Assembly (NCBI GenBank): GCA_029251165.1 | Contig: JAQXDW010000045.1 | Coordinates: 290 to 64,289 of the forward strand | Source of the DNA: Myxococcota bacterium | GTDB lineage: Bacteria; Myxococcota_A; UBA796 | Direction: 5' to 3' | DNA length: 64,000 nt | Shown: piece after piece, positions 18,688 to 25,763 of the stretch | How positions within the stretch are numbered: the first letter of the stretch is position 1 | Layout: each line of letters opens with the position of its first letter | Translations under genes and position numbers: made by a program | The notes under the pieces: generated by a model | Seen by the model: the letters and a program-made list of their open reading frames with translations, nothing else | The model's database searches: none | Told to the model about the DNA's origin: nothing

Positions 18688-19824
18688 TCAGTCCCAGGGC
18701 AGGGGAGCGAGCCACTGCTCGGCGTCGACGGAGATGCCATCGACGACCAGGCCCCAGTGCAGGTGCGGACCGGTGCTCTGCCCCGTCGAGCCGACCTGTC
18801 CGATGACCTCTCCAGCCTCGACGCGCTCACCCACCGTGAGCGCGACTGACGAGAGGTGGTTGTAGCTGGTGGAGACGCCTTGGCCGTGGTCGAGGATGAC
18901 GACGTTTCCGAAGATGTGCTGCCAGCCGGCGTGAAGCGCGATCCCCGCCGCGGCAGCCCGGACGGGGGTGCCGGTGATGTTGGCGAGGTCCGTTCCGTAG
19001 TGGTAGCTCCGTCGGCCATCGGAGTAGGTCCGATAGCGACCGAAGCCTGAGGTCCGCCGACCCTCAATGGGGCGCTGAAGCGGTCCGTCCCAGAGCGGGG
19101 CATCGGAGCGGACGGTGTAGGCATCGCGGCGCTCTTTCCGGGTGCGCGCGCGAGAAGGCTCGTCTGCACGGGCTGCGGTCTGCGTCTTGGAGAGGCGGAT
19201 GAAGCCTCCAGCGGGGAACGTGCCCGCGGCGATGTTCAGCGGGATGGTGGTCTCGGCGGTGTTTCCAGCGGCGTCTGTCGCAGACAGGGTGAGGGGAAAA
19301 TCACCTGGCTCCTGGGTGATGGCGATGCCGATCAGCGCCCGGTAGCGACCATCTTCGAGGGGGTAGAGGGGCCGCTGCCGGTCGAGGAAGGTCGCGCTTG
19401 TGGCGGCGACGGGCTCATCGCTGGTCAGCACGAGCCCCATGGTCTGCCCCTGCACGCCGCTGGTTGGAGCGAGAGCGAGGGTCGGCGCCGTGTTGTCGGT
19501 CGCCAGGGAGAGGCGGATCGCGCTGGTGTTTCCAGCGGCATCGGTCGCCTCGATGGAGAGCGCGTGGGCGCCGTCGGAGAGGGAGGCGGTGTCGATGTAC
19601 CAGGGGGTGCCAAGGAGGGACTGGGCCGGGGCATCGTCGATGCGAGTGGTGACCTGAGCACCGGGCTCAGCAAAGATCGAAACCGACACCGCTCCCCGGT
19701 GGTGAGGCTCGGACAGCGGTCGGACGGAGAGCACCGGCGGCTGCGAGTCGATGCAGGCGACGAGAAAGGCCAAAGGAATGGCCCGCTTCACAGCGAAATG
19801 ACACCCCGCAGAGCGAAGAGTCAT
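18688..19824 (-). CDS. M23 family (LytM-like) metallopeptidase lipoprotein
   Basis: HxxxD/HLH signature: ILDHGQGVSTSYNHLSS...GSTGQSTGPHLHWG. The start is taken at ATG 19824 (MTLRSAG...LAFLVAC lipobox) rather than the ORF-track 20031. Confidence 0.8.
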   Translation of the reverse strand: MTLRSAGCHFAVKRAIPLAFLVACIDSQPPVLSVRPLSEPHHRGAVSVSIFAEPGAQVTTRIDDAPAQSLLGTPWYIDTASLSDGAHALSIEATDAAGNTSAIRLSLATDNTAPTLALAPTSGVQGQTMGLVLTSDEPVAATSATFLDRQRPLYPLEDGRYRALIGIAITQEPGDFPLTLSATDAAGNTAETTIPLNIAAGTFPAGGFIRLSKTQTAARADEPSRARTRKERRDAYTVRSDAPLWDGPLQRPIEGRRTSGFGRYRTYSDGRRSYHYGTDLANITGTPVRAAAAGIALHAGWQHIFGNVVILDHGQGVSTSYNHLSSVALTVGERVEAGEVIGQVGSTGQSTGPHLHWGLVVDGISVDAEQWLAPLPWD

Positions 19825-19852
19825 ATCTTCCCTGCAACACCTGAGGCGTTCT

Positions 19853-20782
19853 ATGTCCCCCGCTCTGCTCACCATGCTGTCCTCCGCAGTCGCCAGTCCT
19901 CCACCCCCACCGATTGTAGACGGGGACACCACCGATGACTTTGCACAGGTCGGTGTGCTGGCGATGCGCTTTGGAGAGTATCGGGAGTCATTCTGCTCGG
20001 GCACGCTCATCCACCGCAGGTGGGTGCTCACCGCAGCGCACTGCCTCTCCGACCTCGATGCATATGTGCGCCACTACGGTGCTGAGATTGTGTTCATGGT
20101 CGGCAGCGACATGTCCAACGGTGACAGCATCACGGAGGAAGTCCTCGCGGTCGACTGGTTCGATCACCCCTCCTACAGCGCCCAGAGTCTCACCGGAGAC
20201 ATCGGGCTTGTCGAGCTCGATGAGGCGCTGTCGATGATGCCGATGCCGCTCAACGAGGAGCCACCCAGCGCGGACTGGAGCGACGAGCCGCTGACCTATG
20301 TAGGCTGGGGAGTGACCAGCGACAACGGCTACGACTCTGGGGTCAAGCGCTACGCTGAGATTCCGTACTACGAGCACGACGAGCAGTTCATCTACGCCTA
20401 CGACTCCGGCGGCTCCAACGTCTGCTACGGTGACTCTGGTGGGGCTGGTCTCGTCGGAAGCCCAGAGCAGGGCTACGCGATCGCTGGCGTGAACTCGTTC
20501 GTCTATCCCTCCTGCGTGGGCGGCTACTCTGGTGCCACCCGGGTCGATCAGTACATCGACTGGATCGCGGAGAGTGTTCCCCTGGAGGAGAACGTGTTCA
20601 CGGCGGATGACGTCGTCCTGGAAGACCTCCTCTCGGGTGGAGAGAGCAGCAACACCGTCCTGCCTGGAGATGGCAGCAGCAGCGACGACAAGTCCTCTGG
20701 CGGCTGCACTGTCGCACCGGTCGGTGGCTCGATGTCGCTGATCCTGCTCGGCGCACTCACGGTGTGGAGGCGTCGGGAATAA
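19853..20782 (+). CDS. trypsin-like (S1) serine protease with a C-terminal MYXO-CTERM-type sorting signal
   Basis: Signal peptide present. LTAAHC (His) and GDSGG (Ser) catalytic motifs. The C-terminus SSGGCTVAPVGGSMSLILLGALTVWRRRE has an invariant Cys, a TM helix and an RRR tail. Confidence 0.8.
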   Translation: MSPALLTMLSSAVASPPPPPIVDGDTTDDFAQVGVLAMRFGEYRESFCSGTLIHRRWVLTAAHCLSDLDAYVRHYGAEIVFMVGSDMSNGDSITEEVLAVDWFDHPSYSAQSLTGDIGLVELDEALSMMPMPLNEEPPSADWSDEPLTYVGWGVTSDNGYDSGVKRYAEIPYYEHDEQFIYAYDSGGSNVCYGDSGGAGLVGSPEQGYAIAGVNSFVYPSCVGGYSGATRVDQYIDWIAESVPLEENVFTADDVVLEDLLSGGESSNTVLPGDGSSSDDKSSGGCTVAPVGGSMSLILLGALTVWRRRE

Positions 20783-21103
20783 TCTTCCCGTCGGGGCATT
20801 GCATAGACACAACACATCAGCGGGTCTGGTCACGCGGTCACATCCTCTGGGAGAGGTCTGCGATGGGGTGCCCGATTCCAGCTCAAAAGAACTTTAGCAA
20901 TAGAGTTGACGGTTGGGTTGCCTTGAGGGCTATAGTCCTTACACATAAGAACATACGCTGGAGGCAGTCTTCAGCGCGCGAGCGGAGTTAGCCACTCCGA
21001 TTTCGCCGGATCCCGCCGTGAGGGCGGCGTCTCCCCACCATGGGTGCCGGTGGCTCTTGGTGGATAAGCAGGTCGGGACCTGTGAACATTAACGCACCGA
21101 AGA

Positions 21104-21116
21104 AAGGAGGTGATCC
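21104..21116 (+). promoter_or_regulatory. extended Shine-Dalgarno, equivalently a 16S 3'-terminus mimic on the minus strand
   Basis: AAGGAGGTGATCC. The minus strand reads CUGGAUCACCUCCUUUCU, an 18-nt identity to the canonical 16S rRNA 3' end. Confidence 0.4.
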
Positions 21117-21117
21117 A

Positions 21118-21159
21118 GTGAGTAAACCCTACGTGCATAGCCAGGTGGTGGCGAAGTAG
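21118..21159 (+). CDS. tiny 13-aa ORF (GTG start) downstream of the perfect SD; possible leader peptide
   Basis: GTG AGT AAA CCC TAC GTG CAT AGC CAG GTG GTG GCG AAG TAG, 7 nt after the GGAGG core. Confidence 0.15.
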   Translation: MSKPYVHSQVVAK

Positions 21160-21214
21160 TGGAGCACCGCGCATCGCTAAACAGATTTCGTCTGACGTGA
21201 ACTGTAAAGTGTAA

Positions 21215-21232
21215 TCCACTGGTATCAGTGGA
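21215..21232. other. perfect 7-bp stem hairpin TCCACTG-GTAT-CAGTGGA
   Basis: Read directly from the sequence. Its 3' arm overlaps one copy of the GGATATAGC motif. Confidence 0.5.
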
Positions 21233-21238
21233 TATAGC
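21228..21238 (-). promoter_or_regulatory. GCTATATCCA motif copy A
   Basis: The minus strand reads GCTATATCCACTG; see the finding on the recurrent motif. Confidence 0.3.
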
Positions 21239-21330
21239 GCAGCCCTTCTCCGGCGTAGATGTTGCGTTGCAACGACTGCGTTCCTTAGAATTGTGACACC
21301 GGGGTTCTGTTACGTTCCCGGCTACCACCG

Positions 21331-21410
21331 ACTCCCTCCAGGCACCGGGATGCACGTCCCGGGCAGGCGCAACCATTAGCCTGCATCTGCCTGGGGGGAG
21401 CTTTATTTTA
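21331..21410 (+). terminator. compound stem-loop followed by a T-rich tract (terminator-like, plus strand)
   Basis: The outer stem ACTCCCTCCAGGC / GCCTGGGGGGAGC (one G-U pair) encloses two inner hairpins, CCGGGA-tgcacg-TCCCGG and GCAGGC-gcaaccatta-GCCTGC, and is followed by TTTATTTTA. Confidence 0.35.
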
Positions 21411-21577
21411 CGGCATGACATCGCGCGTGGTGCGCGCAGTCTGAGCAGAAGTCACGGACGGAGTACGCTTGCTTCGTCGCGGATGGCCTGGCAGCAAAGA
21501 CGTGAGACCGTCCATCCATCTTGGGAGCACAGCGGAGGGGGTGTCGCTGGTGCGCTGAGCACGACCGCTGTGCTGCG

Positions 21578-22507
21578 CTATGGGAATGTCTTCCAGGCGC
21601 CATCGGTGGTGACGCTCGCCTCCAGCAGACCCAGCTCAACGAGGGCGGTCCGAGTGGCCGCCCAGCGGACGTCGGTCATCGCGCCGAGGCCGTCCTCGCC
21701 GAGAACGAACGGACGCTGTGCGTCGGTGATGCAGGCGAGCAGCTCGGGCTTGAGCTGGTCGTTGAGGCGCGCCAGCTCGGCGTTGGCCCGAGCCGGGTTG
21801 TCCAGGTATGCCTGCCAGGCGGCCCGGGTGGCTGCCACGAAGTCAGCGGTCCATGGCGGCGGCGGGTCGGAGACGGTCAGCAGCGCCGCGTACGGATTCC
21901 AGCCGACGTCGGCCGCCTTCAGGAAGCTGATGGAGGCACCCTGTCCCTCCGCGAGGCAGGGCTCAGAGGTGATGAACGCCTGCTGTCGAAAGGTCTCATC
22001 TACGAGGAAGGGGCCGATCGAGCCACCATACGGCACCGGCTCGATCTTGCCCTCCAGCCCGACCGTCTTCCACAAGAAGCTCTGGAACGGCGAGCCGATC
22101 TCGATGGCGAGCTGGCCATCGGTGAGATCCTGGAGCTGGGTGACTCCGCTGCTGCTGTGGACCATCACGCCCTGCGGGTTGATCTGGAGGCTGGGGAAGA
22201 CCCCGACCGCCTCGATGCCGCGGCTGCGCTTGACGAGCAGATCGTCTGCTGCGCTCAGGGCGGCCTCTGCCTGACCGGACGCCAGCAGCTCCAGGCTCGG
22301 CGCTCCGGGGCCGCCAGGGATGATGGTGACGTCGAAGCCGGCAGCCTCGTAGTGCCCGCCGAGCACACCCTCGTAGAAGCCACCAAACTCGGGCTCAGGG
22401 TACCAGTTCAGCGCCAGCCGGATGGGGGTGAGCGCCGGGGCGCCGGGCTGAGGGGCCGCGGCTTGTTCTGTCTGGGAGCCGCTACAGGCCAGGATCCACC
22501 ACACCAC
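21578..22507 (-). CDS. ABC transporter substrate-binding lipoprotein, NMT1/THI5-like (sulfonate/nitrate/HMP-type)
   Basis: Lipobox ILACSG. IRLALNWYPEPEFGGFYEG... is typical of NMT1/SsuA/ThiY-like binding proteins. It is the last gene of a minus-strand operon. Confidence 0.7.
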   Translation of the reverse strand: MVWWILACSGSQTEQAAAPQPGAPALTPIRLALNWYPEPEFGGFYEGVLGGHYEAAGFDVTIIPGGPGAPSLELLASGQAEAALSAADDLLVKRSRGIEAVGVFPSLQINPQGVMVHSSSGVTQLQDLTDGQLAIEIGSPFQSFLWKTVGLEGKIEPVPYGGSIGPFLVDETFRQQAFITSEPCLAEGQGASISFLKAADVGWNPYAALLTVSDPPPPWTADFVAATRAAWQAYLDNPARANAELARLNDQLKPELLACITDAQRPFVLGEDGLGAMTDVRWAATRTALVELGLLEASVTTDGAWKTFP

Positions 22508-23259
22508 TACTCACCTCCGTGCCAGCGCCCAATGCTCAGCTTCTCCAGCAGGCGTACCGCAGAGAAGAAGACCAGGGCAAGTACCGCCGCGGCGAAGATC
22601 GCCGCGAAGCTGGTGGCGGTGTCTGCGGATCGGGCCGATCGCAGCACCACAAAGCCCAGCGAGGGGGGGAAGCCGTTGGAGCCGACAAATTCACCGACGA
22701 TGGCCCCGATGACCGACAGCCCCGCCGCGGTGCGCAGCCCGGAGAACAGGAACGGCAGCGCGCTGGGAAGCCGGAGGTGGAAGAGGGTGGAGAGGAAGCC
22801 GGCCCGATACAGCGCGAACAGCTCAACCTGCTCGGTAGGCGTGGATCGAATGCCGAGGTTGGCGGCAGTGAGGACCGGGAAGAACGAGACGATGGCTGCG
22901 CTGGCGACTGCCGGAGGAAGCCCGTAGCCGAGCCAGACCACCAGCAGCGGGGCGATGGCGACGATCGGCACGGTCTGTAGCAGGAGCGCGTAGGGGTACA
23001 GCGCTGCCTCCAGCCACTTCGAGCGCGAGAACAGCATCGCTCCAAGCAGCCCGAATCCGACCGCGATGAGCATCCCGATGAGCGAGGCGACGGCGGTGGT
23101 GGCGGTGGCCTCGGCGAGGATCGGGGCACCGCTGATGCTGGCCTGGAGCACCTCATGAGGAGAGGGCAGCAGGACGGGAGGGTAGCGCGATGCCAGCGCA
23201 GCCCAGCCGGAGAGCAAGACCCCGGCGGTGAGGACCGGGAGCAGGTGCGCGAGCTTCAC
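22507..23259 (-). CDS. ABC transporter permease (binding-protein-dependent inner-membrane component, SsuC/TauC-like)
   Basis: 250 aa with about 6 hydrophobic helices. The stop overlaps the SBP start and the start overlaps the ATPase stop. Confidence 0.75.
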   Translation of the reverse strand: MKLAHLLPVLTAGVLLSGWAALASRYPPVLLPSPHEVLQASISGAPILAEATATTAVASLIGMLIAVGFGLLGAMLFSRSKWLEAALYPYALLLQTVPIVAIAPLLVVWLGYGLPPAVASAAIVSFFPVLTAANLGIRSTPTEQVELFALYRAGFLSTLFHLRLPSALPFLFSGLRTAAGLSVIGAIVGEFVGSNGFPPSLGFVVLRSARSADTATSFAAIFAAAVLALVFFSAVRLLEKLSIGRWHGGE

Positions 23260-23954
23260 AGCGCGCCCTCCAGTGCTGCAACCAGCGCGACAACCGCCGG
23301 CGCGTGACGATCTCGCGGCCGCGGCGTGGTGAGCGTGGTGTCTTCCGCGATGGTGACCGGCTGTCCGGCCAGGACCACCACCCGGTCACCCAGCAGGACC
23401 GCTTCTTCCAAGTCATGGGTGACCATGACGACGGTCGTCGAGAGGCTCTCAGTCAGGGAGAGGAATTCAGTGTGCATCTGGCGACGGGTCAGCGCATCGA
23501 GGGAGGAGAACGGCTCATCCATCAGGAGCAGCGCCGGCTGCGTCACCAGGGCGCGCGCGAGGCTGACCCGCATCCGCATTCCGCCCGACAGCGCCCGGGG
23601 CAGCGATGAGGACGCGTCAGCCAGCCCGACCCGCCCCAGCGCCTCGCGGGCCTGCTCCCGTCGGGTCGTGGCATCGAGCCCGGAGAGCTTCAGCGGCAGC
23701 GCAACATTGTCCAGCGCGCTGAGCCAGGGCAAGAGGTTGGGGGACTGGAAGACAAAGGCGCGGCTGGACAGCGGCGCGCTGACGCTCCCAGACTCGGGCG
23801 TGAGCAGGCCTGCGAGCAGGCGCAGGATGGTGGACTTGCCACACCCGCTCGCCCCCACCAGCACGGTGATGCTCCCCGGCGCGATGGACAGGGAAAAGTC
23901 CGCTGCGATGCACGGGCCATCGGGCCAGGAGAACGAGACGCTGCTGAGCTTCAT
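23256..23954 (-). CDS. ABC transporter ATP-binding protein (SsuB/TauB-like)
   Basis: Walker A GASGCGKST, ABC signature LSGGMRMRVSLARAL, Walker B LLLMDEPFSSLD. Confidence 0.85.
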   Translation of the reverse strand: MKLSSVSFSWPDGPCIAADFSLSIAPGSITVLVGASGCGKSTILRLLAGLLTPESGSVSAPLSSRAFVFQSPNLLPWLSALDNVALPLKLSGLDATTRREQAREALGRVGLADASSSLPRALSGGMRMRVSLARALVTQPALLLMDEPFSSLDALTRRQMHTEFLSLTESLSTTVVMVTHDLEEAVLLGDRVVVLAGQPVTIAEDTTLTTPRPRDRHAPAVVALVAALEGAL

Positions 23955-23972
23955 CCGTCTGCTGAGGACAGA

Positions 23973-25379
23973 CTACAGCGCATTCGTCCAGCTCATGCTG
24001 TCGGAGTCGGCGTTGCTGTGCGTGCCGTCGCGGGTGACGGAGGCGTAGGTCTTGCCGGTCGCCTCTTGCCACCGCTTCCGGGCGTTGTAGAGGGTCTTGG
24101 CACCGGACTGGATGCCGTAGACGGCATGCCGCAGGGCGCCCGGGTTCCAGACGCGCCCCTCGATGAGGTCGTCATCGGGGGAGATGAGGCCTTGCTCACG
24201 GGCAAGCTGTGCGAGCCGAGTGTGCGGGTAGATGCGGATCGGCTGCATCAGCAGGAGGGTGAACATCCGCAGCTTGCCGCCGAGCTCCCAGCGGGCGTGG
24301 GCGAGGAACTTGACGATGCTCATCAGGCTGCGGAGATCTTCTCCTGGAGAATTCAGGAAGAAGCTGTACTCGACGTCCATGTTGTGCTTCTTGGCGACCT
24401 GGACGGTGTAGAGCATGTCCTCGTAGCGGAAGTTCTTGTCGAGGTTCTTGAGCATCCGATCATCGACGTGATCGGGGGAGAACGACAGCAGCCCGCAGCC
24501 GGCACGCTTCAGCCAGATGATCAGCTCATCAGGGAGGGTCTTGCGGTGCTCGTTGAACCACGCCGACCACTGCACGTCGAGCTTGCGGCGGACGATCTCC
24601 TTGCAGATGTCGATGGCGTGGGCGACGGGGATGTTGAAGATCTGGTCGCAGAAGAAGAACTGTCGGACGCCGTACGTGTGAACCATGTCCTCGATCTCGT
24701 CCACGACGTCGTTGGCTGGACGCATGCGGACGTTGTGGCCGAGGAGGAACGTATCGGAGCAGTGGATACAGCGGAGCGCGCAGCCCCGCTTGGCCTGGAG
24801 TCCGACGCTGACGAAGGACGAGGCGAGGTAGGGCTGGTGAGGCACCAGATCGCGCCGGGGGTGGCGCAGCGACTTGAAGTCGACCTTGGAGGGCGGTCCG
24901 GTGTACTTCACCTCCTCGCCATCTCGGTAGTAGACCCCGGGAACCTTCCAGGGTGCGTTCAGGGTCTCTAAGAGCTGCGGGAGGCGCTCTTCGGCTTCTC
25001 CCCAGATGCCCATGTCGATGGCGTTGACCCGCTTCATCATCGCCTCTGCATAGAGGCTGAACGCGGTACCACCGGCGATGACCTTCACGCTGGGGCACTT
25101 CTTCTTGATGAGAAGGATGGTGTCCTGCTGGGGCTCAAAGTCGTCGGTGTACTTGTGGGGCATCCCGACCTTCATGTTGCGAAGGGAGATACCGACGACT
25201 TCAGGACTGAACCGGTCGAGGCATGCAGCGAGCGCCTCAAACGGGGCATCCCGGTGAAGGTTGAGATCGAAGATCTCGACATCGTGACCATCGAGATGGG
25301 CCGCCAGGTAGGCGAGCCCGATCGGATAGACCAGCTCCATGTCGAGTGCTGTAAAGGCCTGAACCAGAAGGACGCGCAT
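23973..25379 (-). CDS. cobalamin-binding-domain radical SAM protein (class B rSAM)
   Basis: N-terminal B12-binding-like Rossmann region (VKVIAGGTAFSLY). The CxxxCxxC cluster GCALRCIHCSD is followed by a radical-SAM core. The start is an ATG immediately preceded by a GCTATATCCAG motif. Confidence 0.8.
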   Translation of the reverse strand: MRVLLVQAFTALDMELVYPIGLAYLAAHLDGHDVEIFDLNLHRDAPFEALAACLDRFSPEVVGISLRNMKVGMPHKYTDDFEPQQDTILLIKKKCPSVKVIAGGTAFSLYAEAMMKRVNAIDMGIWGEAEERLPQLLETLNAPWKVPGVYYRDGEEVKYTGPPSKVDFKSLRHPRRDLVPHQPYLASSFVSVGLQAKRGCALRCIHCSDTFLLGHNVRMRPANDVVDEIEDMVHTYGVRQFFFCDQIFNIPVAHAIDICKEIVRRKLDVQWSAWFNEHRKTLPDELIIWLKRAGCGLLSFSPDHVDDRMLKNLDKNFRYEDMLYTVQVAKKHNMDVEYSFFLNSPGEDLRSLMSIVKFLAHARWELGGKLRMFTLLLMQPIRIYPHTRLAQLAREQGLISPDDDLIEGRVWNPGALRHAVYGIQSGAKTLYNARKRWQEATGKTYASVTRDGTHSNADSDSMSWTNAL

Positions 25380-25384
25380 GTCAC

Positions 25385-25395
25385 TGGATATAGCC
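25385..25395 (-). promoter_or_regulatory. GCTATATCCAG motif copy B, 4 nt upstream of the rSAM ATG
   Basis: The coding strand reads GCTATATCCAGtgacATG with no SD, which suggests a leaderless -10 element. Confidence 0.35.
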
Positions 25396-25458
25396 CGACC
25401 CTGTAGGGCATGCCCAAGGTCTAATGATGTCCTTTGATTAAGACGACTTAGGTGGGTT

Positions 25459-25704
25459 TTAGACGAACAGTGTCAGCTGGTTGCCGATGATCGGCCGCTG
25501 GCAGAGTCCGTGGAGGGTCTCCAGCGACAAAGGGATTCCCGTTGCATCGAGTGCCCTCAGCTCCGCTCCGTGTGGGGGAGAGACCATCGTCACGACAGCC
25601 AGACCGGGGGGAACCGGGGAGCCATCTCCATAGGGCTGCCAGCGTCCAGCGCCGGTGAGGGTCGCCCGGTGGCTGCTGCTGTATCGAATCTGTAAGTGAA
25701 GCAT
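25459..25704 (-). CDS. possible small protein (81 aa) upstream of the B12-rSAM gene
   Basis: ORF MLHLQIRYSSS...NQLTLFV. Third-position GC is moderately high (~75% by hand count). It has no SD or recognisable domain, so the call is speculative. Confidence 0.2.
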   Translation of the reverse strand: MLHLQIRYSSSHRATLTGAGRWQPYGDGSPVPPGLAVVTMVSPPHGAELRALDATGIPLSLETLHGLCQRPIIGNQLTLFV

Positions 25705-25763
25705 GACCGCAGGTGTTGACGTGGCAACACCGAGTGTACGACTTCACGGACCTGGATTCAACG

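Larger units (their letters stand above)
20783..21577. other. lower-GC non-coding island between convergent genes; candidate structured RNA or small-ORF locus
   Basis: No convincing ORF is present; the track ORFs here are short with poor codon bias. Composition is visibly AT-richer than the flanks. It contains the features listed separately at 21104-21410. Confidence 0.4.

Noticed and set aside
20970-21160. Degenerate 16S rRNA 3' domain remnant on the minus strand
   Set aside because: The last 18 nt match the 16S 3' terminus exactly. However, the helix-45 base-pairing and the upstream AAGUCGUAACAAGGUA segment are not preserved, and loose matches to the 1100/1400 regions are far too compressed. 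I treat it as a 16S-tail mimic or idealised SD rather than an rRNA pseudogene, while flagging it as a finding.
20783-21577. RNase P RNA, tmRNA or a tRNA in the low-GC island
   Set aside because: I looked for the RNase P P4 elements (AGGAAAGUCCGGGC / ACAGAAxCCGGCUUA), the tmRNA termini with tag reading frame and tRNA-like T-arm, and for tRNA T-loops (GGTTCGAATCC-like). I found only weak partial resemblances (ACAGAACCCCGG, CUACCACC, a 12-nt loop where a 7-nt T-loop is needed). No coherent gene model fits.
21483-22927. Plus-strand ORFs of 263 and 468 aa
   Set aside because: They are antisense to the ABC transporter SBP and permease genes, which have a lipobox, NMT1-like sequence and permease helices on the minus strand.
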